Virus record (IMG/VR): IMGVR_UViG_3300024358_000009
Coordinates: 62,001 to 126,000 of that record
Direction: 5' to 3' (one strand)
Length of the DNA: 64,000 bases
The notes under the pieces were generated by a model. The model did no database searches. It worked only from the letters and a program-made list of their open reading frames with translations, and had not been told where the DNA came from. Within the stretch, counting starts at the first letter, position 1, and the number at the start of each line of letters is the position of its first letter. A program made the translations under genes and the position numbers. Of this stretch, positions 58,300-64,000 are shown in pieces.

Positions 58300-60359
58300 T
58301 ACCAAGTTCCTCCATCTACATCAACCCAAACAAGTTGATTAGAACTATTGTATGTTAATATTTGTCCGGTAGATCCACCAGATGGAAAACTTGCTTCACT
58401 GCCTTGAAATCCTTGATCTCCTTGATAACCCTGATCACCTTGATAACCCTGTTCTCCTTGATAACCCTGATAACCTTGTTCTCCTTGGTATCCCTGAAAC
58501 CCTTGTGAGCCAGCAGTAAGAATTATATCTTCTTTTGCCCAATGATTTATAGAATTTGGATCATATCTATATACCCATAAAATTAATGGATCTGTGTCAT
58601 CTGGAGCAAATGCCCATTGATAAACTTCTGGAGGACCACTCGGATAAGTTGTTAAAAGATGAGTTTCGTTTTCAAAAGTTCCTATAAATTCTGAATAATG
58701 ACCATCAATACCTTGATAACCTTGAGAGCCTTGATAACCTTGTGTTCCTTGAAATCCTTGATTACCTTGAAGACCTTGATTACCCTGTAAACCTTGATTT
58801 CCCTGCAATCCTTGATTACCTTGAAGTCCTTGGTTGCCTTGATTACCTTGATGACCTTGAAAACCAATAGAGCCAACAAGACCTTGTCTACCTTGACTGC
58901 CTTGAAGACCTTGATATCCTTGTAAGCCCTGATAACCTTGTGGTCCACGAATCGGGCCAACATTATCCCAATAAACAGGGCTAGTGCCTGTGTATACAAC
59001 TCCGTCTCCAATAGCAGCAGTTCCATTGTCTGGATTAGGACAAGATTGACTAGCAGATCCTTGTGCTGTAGATGTAAGTAACCACATATCTCCAATAGTG
59101 GCAGTTCCAGTTTGATTATTGAAAATATTTTGCCAAGTATCAGAACCTTTTATTTCAACTCCAGCACCTGTTTGTCCTTGATTGCCTTGACTTCCTTGAT
59201 AACCTTGTAAACCTTGACTACCTTGATTACCTTGCAAACCTTGATTGCCCTGTAATCCTTGATTACCTTGAAAACCTTGATTACCCTGAAAGCCTTGACT
59301 ACCTTGAAGTCCTTGATTTCCCTGAAGTCCTTGATTACCTTGAAGACCTTGATTTCCTTGAAATCCTTGTAAACCTTGATTACCTTGAAGACCTTGAAAA
59401 CCTTGACGACCCTGAAGACCTTGTAAACCTTGATTTCCTTGTAAGCCTTGATGACCTTGTGTTCCTTGATTACCAATATCACCAACAAGGAGTAAAGATA
59501 TTGTAATTTGTTGGTTGTTACTTAGTGAAAACCCAGAAGATGTATTAACATGTTCTATGTTAAACGAAGCATAAGTACTATTAACTGTATTTGAAGATGT
59601 TATTTTAAAAATAGAAAATTTAGAATTATCATTAATTGGTTGAATAACTATATATGATTTTACAAAATTAGTAGAATCATCTAATAAAGAATAAATAGAA
59701 CTAATATTATTAGAATTTATATCTAGACCACTAAATAAGGCTATTGTCGCAAGAGAAAAATTAGAGTTATTTAATCTAAACTGTTCTGGAGTTGGAACAC
59801 CAGATGTTAATGTACTAAATAAATAATTTATATGTAATGAACTAACGCCTTGATAGCCTTGAGATCCAACTTGTCCAGTTATATTAACATCCCAAACATT
59901 ACTACTTCCAGTGCCAACTACATAATCCACATCAACAACTATGCTCGATGTGTTTGGATCAGTAGATAATATAAGACCTTCTAAAAAATGAGATGTATTA
60001 TTATTATCTACTATCCTTACTCTAATACCAGCCCTAATAGCATCTATAGATAATACAGAAAGAGTTTTTAGTCCAATAGTTTTGGATATAGTTGATAAAG
60101 ATGATGTAGCACCGAAAGAAATGCCTATTGAACCTTGATCACCTTGAAAACCAATAAAACCTTGGTTTCCTTGATTACCTTGATTACCTTGATTTCCTTG
60201 ATTGCCTTGTGAACCCTGAATACCTTGAAGACCTTGAGAACCAGTAACAACTCCTGGAATAAAGTTAGTGCCATCAAATTTAATGACATTTCCAGAAGAA
60301 GGAACACCTACAAAATCGTCTTGATCTTGTATTCTTGATGGTCTTTTGCTGAAATGCAT
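58299..60359 (-). CDS. Collagen-like fibre protein (686 aa, GLQ/GNQ-rich)
   Basis: Four (G-X-Q)n tracts separated by globular knobs. Confidence 0.85.
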   Translation of the reverse strand: MHFSKRPSRIQDQDDFVGVPSSGNVIKFDGTNFIPGVVTGSQGLQGIQGSQGNQGNQGNQGNQGNQGFIGFQGDQGSIGISFGATSSLSTISKTIGLKTLSVLSIDAIRAGIRVRIVDNNNTSHFLEGLILSTDPNTSSIVVDVDYVVGTGSSNVWDVNITGQVGSQGYQGVSSLHINYLFSTLTSGVPTPEQFRLNNSNFSLATIALFSGLDINSNNISSIYSLLDDSTNFVKSYIVIQPINDNSKFSIFKITSSNTVNSTYASFNIEHVNTSSGFSLSNNQQITISLLLVGDIGNQGTQGHQGLQGNQGLQGLQGRQGFQGLQGNQGLQGFQGNQGLQGNQGLQGNQGLQGSQGFQGNQGFQGNQGLQGNQGLQGNQGSQGLQGYQGSQGNQGQTGAGVEIKGSDTWQNIFNNQTGTATIGDMWLLTSTAQGSASQSCPNPDNGTAAIGDGVVYTGTSPVYWDNVGPIRGPQGYQGLQGYQGLQGSQGRQGLVGSIGFQGHQGNQGNQGLQGNQGLQGNQGLQGNQGLQGNQGFQGTQGYQGSQGYQGIDGHYSEFIGTFENETHLLTTYPSGPPEVYQWAFAPDDTDPLILWVYRYDPNSINHWAKEDIILTAGSQGFQGYQGEQGYQGYQGEQGYQGDQGYQGDQGFQGSEASFPSGGSTGQILTYNSSNQLVWVDVDGGTW

Positions 60360-60362
60360 TTT

Positions 60363-60926
60363 TTATTCCAAAAATTTTGGTGTTATTCCATTTATACAAC
60401 CGTCTATATAGAATACACCACAAAAAGCAGCTATTTGTTTTGCTGTAGATTCAGTATTTTGCATTAAGTCTGAGTAATTAACTATTAATTTTCTGCCTGA
60501 AAAATTATTAAAAATATTTTCAGCTGTATTATACTGTTTTTCTATAGTATCTGGAAAAGCTTGATCGCCCATAAGCATAGAATATTCAATATTGGCTTTG
60601 TTTATATTTCTTTTTGCCCATATTATACTAGTTTGTATTGAAGTTTCTGATATGAACTTATTCCATGCATCTTTTTTTAGAAATTCAAATGATCTTGTTC
60701 CAATTTTTCCTTGTTGAACTGTTTTTAGTTTTAAATCCCAGTAATTTTTTGGATTTGTATAAATATATCTTGTGTACTTATCATTGAAACTTCCTGTTGG
60801 ATACCAGTCTGGATTATCATTTGCATTCTCTCTTTCTCCCATATTTATGCCAAGAGAGTTTAATATTTTGGCTATAACGCTAGTTCCAGATCTATAAGAA
60901 CCAATTATAATTGTGCAATCTTTCAT
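60363..60926 (-). CDS. Sulfotransferase family protein
   Basis: N-terminal IIIGSYRSGTSVIAKILNSLG matches the PAPS 5'-phosphosulfate-binding loop. C-terminal LIVNYSDLMQNTESTAKQIAAFCG is typical of Sulfotransfer_3. Confidence 0.8.
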   Translation of the reverse strand: MKDCTIIIGSYRSGTSVIAKILNSLGINMGERENANDNPDWYPTGSFNDKYTRYIYTNPKNYWDLKLKTVQQGKIGTRSFEFLKKDAWNKFISETSIQTSIIWAKRNINKANIEYSMLMGDQAFPDTIEKQYNTAENIFNNFSGRKLIVNYSDLMQNTESTAKQIAAFCGVFYIDGCINGITPKFLE

Positions 60927-61858
60927 TCTAAATCCTCGTTTCGTTCTTTGAAATAATTCTCAATTGATTTTAAAAAGTCTTTATTGTCGCCTACATATCT
61001 ATACAAACCTTGATCGTTAACTAAGTCTTTAGAAACATTAAAATTAGTATCTTTTAAAATTTTTTGTCTTTCTATATATTTTCTATTAACTTTATCGCCA
61101 TGATTTAAATGAAAAATAGGTTGATCTATATAATCAAAATTTATTTCTACATTAGATTTGTTATTTAGTATATCTTTTAAAAAACAAATAACGCTATCTT
61201 GTTTTCTTTTTATAAAAGGTATTTCTATGTCTAGGCTTAAATTAAGCCATTTAAAAAGATTAATAGTGTCTCCGCCACCTATAATGCATTTATCATATAA
61301 TGGATTATTCAAAAGTGTTTCTTTCTTTGTAATCCATGCCATTCCTGGGTTACCAAAAGTATAATCACTTGAATTAAAAGTTTTAATGTAATTTTCTTTT
61401 CCGTCTGATTTAATTATTTGCGATGAAACACTCGGAGTGCTATGACTATAAAAGCCATGATTTCTATAATGATTTTTTGGTAAATAATAAACATCAGAAA
61501 ATGGTTGTATAAATAAATTTTCTTTTTGATCCAATTTATTTTTTGCTTCTTGCACCCAATTATCATCACTAAATAAAACATCACCATCAATAAAAGCTAT
61601 ATACTTAATAGAATCTGGCATTTTTTCGGCTAGATAATTTATAACTCTTTCCTTTTGCCAAAGTAATTGATCTGACTTTAAAGCAAAAAGACCTTGCATA
61701 TTTAAGTCAAAACTATTATTTGTAGAAATTTCTATAGGAACAATTACACATTCATATTTAAGCATATGATTATAACAAACATTAAAATTTCTAAATAAAG
61801 ATATTCTTTTAAAATGATTCCAATAATACATTATTATTGCAGTATCTAAATTTTTCAT
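60923..61858 (-). CDS. GT-A glycosyltransferase-like protein (WQKER type)
   Basis: LLWQKERVIN, YIAFIDGDVLF (intact DxD), IIGGGD and IFHLNHG. Confidence 0.7.
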   Translation of the reverse strand: MKNLDTAIIMYYWNHFKRISLFRNFNVCYNHMLKYECVIVPIEISTNNSFDLNMQGLFALKSDQLLWQKERVINYLAEKMPDSIKYIAFIDGDVLFSDDNWVQEAKNKLDQKENLFIQPFSDVYYLPKNHYRNHGFYSHSTPSVSSQIIKSDGKENYIKTFNSSDYTFGNPGMAWITKKETLLNNPLYDKCIIGGGDTINLFKWLNLSLDIEIPFIKRKQDSVICFLKDILNNKSNVEINFDYIDQPIFHLNHGDKVNRKYIERQKILKDTNFNVSKDLVNDQGLYRYVGDNKDFLKSIENYFKERNEDLE

Positions 61859-62859
61859 GCTTTTACCTTAATTTCTTGTGAATAAGGAATAAGTTGCATT
61901 TGATTTAATTCAGCTTCTTTTGAAGCTATGGATTGACCAAAAAATACTGTGTTTGGAAAATAAGCTAAATATTTTGTAAACATAAGTTTATCTATATCAT
62001 CGTATGATGAATAAACAAAACAATAAGATTCATCTTCTGGATTAAATTTTTCTGGATCTACAAACTCAACTCTTTTTTCTAATCCAAATCTTTCTAACCA
62101 AATTTTTGTGCCAATAAAATTTATTTTAGTTTTAATTGGAAAAGCTATAATTTTACAAGCCGATTGTGCCAAGACAATAAGTTCTGCTGGAGATGAACCT
62201 ACATAAACAACTTTTTTTTGATCAGCTAATTGATAAAGTTTTAAATAATCATCGGCTATAAAAGATTGATCTATTCCGTCTGGAAGAATTAAAGGAAAAT
62301 CAAGTTCATCAAAATCAATTTTTTTATTATCAAAAAGTAAATTTAACTTAGGCCAAAAACAAACTAGGCTATAATAACGCATAAAAGAATTTATGCTTTC
62401 TGTTATACTATTTTTTACTTCAAAATTTTTATATAGATCTTTTATGTATCTAGATGAAAATAAAAATGGACCAAATGTATTTTTTTCTAAAAAATTTGTA
62501 ATGTTATAGTCAGGGCTTCTAGATTGAAAAATTGGTCCTACATAAAGTTTTAAAATTGCTACATCTATTTGATATCTAATTAATGGTTTCCATGTAGACA
62601 GATTATTATAAAAAAATTTAGAAAGTTTTTGTTTTCCGTCTAAAAATAAAAAATATTCATAAGAGTCTAAAGATGAAGCTTCATATAAGAAACTTTCAAA
62701 CAAATCTCTTCTGTTTTTTCCATTTATATATACTACTTTTCCGCCAAAGTCAGTTTCTTCTAAATTGCTTTTGTTTCTTGCGTTGTCAAAAACTACCAAA
62801 TTGCTAAATGGTTTTGTTCCAACTTTTATTTCTGATACTCTAGGACTGCATATTTCCAT
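61855..62859 (-). CDS. Divergent GT-like/Rossmann (methyltransferase-like) fusion
   Basis: Likely start MEICSPR at 62859 (RBS aggagg). YEYFLFLDG recalls GT-A, and KKVVYVGS recalls a degenerate SAM-binding motif I. Confidence 0.4.
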   Translation of the reverse strand: MEICSPRVSEIKVGTKPFSNLVVFDNARNKSNLEETDFGGKVVYINGKNRRDLFESFLYEASSLDSYEYFLFLDGKQKLSKFFYNNLSTWKPLIRYQIDVAILKLYVGPIFQSRSPDYNITNFLEKNTFGPFLFSSRYIKDLYKNFEVKNSITESINSFMRYYSLVCFWPKLNLLFDNKKIDFDELDFPLILPDGIDQSFIADDYLKLYQLADQKKVVYVGSSPAELIVLAQSACKIIAFPIKTKINFIGTKIWLERFGLEKRVEFVDPEKFNPEDESYCFVYSSYDDIDKLMFTKYLAYFPNTVFFGQSIASKEAELNQMQLIPYSQEIKVKA

Positions 62860-62907
62860 AGTATATCCTCCTACTAATATATTATATAAAAAATCCATCA
62901 ATGCAAC

Positions 62908-62938
62908 AAAAAAGGGCAGAGCTTTCGCTCCACCCTTT
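62908..62938 (-). terminator. Intrinsic terminator downstream of the major capsid gene
   Basis: Minus strand aaagggtggagc-GAAA-gctctgcccttt followed by tttg: a 12-bp stem with GNRA tetraloop and U-tract. Confidence 0.85.
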
Positions 62939-62963
62939 ATTGATTTTTATATTGGAAGCTTTA

Positions 62964-63953
62964 TTAGAAAGCACCCAAAAGAACACGACGATTATCGAGA
63001 ACTGCAAAGCCATGTTCGCCGAAACCGTACATGCCCATTCTACGCTGACGATGGAAAGTAGGATCTTCAAAGATCTCAATTTCCTGACGAACAGGCATTA
63101 CAAAGCTGTCACGCTTCTCAAGGTCAAGACCAACAACCAACTCGCTCTTGCCAGACAAAGATCCAGACAAGGTAGAGGTATAGTACAGCTGGTATTCCTG
63201 ACCAACGCCAAGTTCATCGATCTCATGGAGATTTACGCCAAAGATCTGTGCCAAACCATTTTCTGGAGATACAAAGATCTCACGGCGGGTAAAGTCGTCA
63301 ACCTCATCAATATCCCAAGTGCGAATGTCTTCCATCGCCTCTGGAGATACATAAAGGTCAGTCAACTTACCACGATTAATCGAGGTGCTGTTACCACCAG
63401 CATTTCTACGCATTACGGTCTTCATCAAGGCAATAAGCCTCTTGCTGAAGTATCCAGAGGTAGCAACGCTGTCAGTTACAAGCAAGTTGCGACCCTTACC
63501 AGCAGCAATGATAACATGCCAGCCATCATTGTTATTCTTGCGGGTAAAAGAAGCTTCGAGAACTTGCATTGCACGACCTACGATATCCCAACGAGCATCA
63601 CGAAGATACTTGAGGGAGAAGTCGATGGAAGCACCAACTTCATAAGTCTGAACAGTCAAATAATCGCCTTCTACATGGCGTTCAGGAATACGACCCTGTG
63701 AAGGAATAGTATAAGCGATGAAATCCTTCTCAGAACCAGGAGCCAAGAAATCCAATGGGAATTCTACGGAAGTACCTGGTTGGAAAACAACCTGTTCAAA
63801 GATGTTTCCAAGAATATCGCCCTTCAAAACGCCCTGACGCAAAGGAAGAGTAAGAGCCTTTGCAAGTTCTTTCTGAGCAGCTACAGCAACTTCATAATTG
63901 TTGCTACCAGCCTGTTCAGCAAGTTTTACCATTTCTGGAGTTGGAGTCTTCAT
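62964..63953 (-). CDS. Major capsid protein (HK97-fold type)
   Basis: 329 aa with strong RBS gagaggag, high-expression codon bias and its own terminator. Motifs YEVGASIDFSLKYLRDARWDIVGRAMQVLEASF and RMGMYGFGEHGFAVLDNRRVLLG fit a capsid P-domain. Confidence 0.85.
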   Translation of the reverse strand: MKTPTPEMVKLAEQAGSNNYEVAVAAQKELAKALTLPLRQGVLKGDILGNIFEQVVFQPGTSVEFPLDFLAPGSEKDFIAYTIPSQGRIPERHVEGDYLTVQTYEVGASIDFSLKYLRDARWDIVGRAMQVLEASFTRKNNNDGWHVIIAAGKGRNLLVTDSVATSGYFSKRLIALMKTVMRRNAGGNSTSINRGKLTDLYVSPEAMEDIRTWDIDEVDDFTRREIFVSPENGLAQIFGVNLHEIDELGVGQEYQLYYTSTLSGSLSGKSELVVGLDLEKRDSFVMPVRQEIEIFEDPTFHRQRRMGMYGFGEHGFAVLDNRRVLLGAF

Positions 63954-63975
63954 AATTCTATTATCTCCTCTCTAA

Positions 63976-64000
63976 TTATACGATTGGAAGGTCAATGAAT
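63976..64000 (-). CDS. 3' end of the gene upstream of MCP (partial, possibly head decoration)
   Basis: Reads ...FIDLPIV* ending 23 nt before the MCP start. Confidence 0.45.

Noticed and set aside
62901-63701. 266-aa plus-strand ORF
   Set aside because: It is the antisense shadow of the codon-biased major capsid gene and begins inside the capsid terminator.
1-64000. Stop-codon reassignment (TAG or TGA recoding), common in some large phages
   Set aside because: Genes are long and uninterrupted in the standard code, and TAG/TGA stops coincide with next-gene starts. The single suggestive TAG near 51055 is better explained as a remnant.
1-64000. tRNA, rRNA, intein or group I/II intron
   Set aside because: The intergenic gaps are too short and contain only terminators or motifs. 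No Hint-domain motifs or split conserved genes were recognised.

Overview
The window is a contiguous piece of a large, AT-rich dsDNA tailed phage (Caudoviricetes, probably jumbo-scale). It is read in the standard genetic code, with SD-type RBSs and tightly coupled genes. (1) Bases 1-6887 (+) carry a glycan/nucleotide-sugar cluster (nucleotidyltransferase, CgeB-like GT, several GT-like and GHMP-kinase-like proteins with eroded catalytic motifs), then a DUF559/Vsr-like endonuclease, a putative Rad52/Sak-type annealing protein and a Zn-ribbon protein. (2) Bases 7049-64000 (-) form one long virion morphogenesis operon, listed here in transcription order: major capsid protein; two GT-like genes and a sulfotransferase; collagen-like and Thr-tract fibre proteins (686, 2250, 981 and 2647 aa); head-tail joining genes; tail tube; chaperones; a 3976-aa tape measure protein with repeated motifs; tail tip proteins; a vWA protein; and a GT-A enzyme whose motifs resemble polypeptide O-HexNAc transferases (GT27/GT60). 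No sheath, tRNA, CRISPR array, integrase or RT was seen. The leading hypothesis is a phage-encoded mucin-type O-glycosylation (and possibly sulfation) system that decorates poly-Thr tracts of the phage's own virion fibres. All family calls come from motif recognition by eye. No database search was run, and the host cannot be determined from this window.
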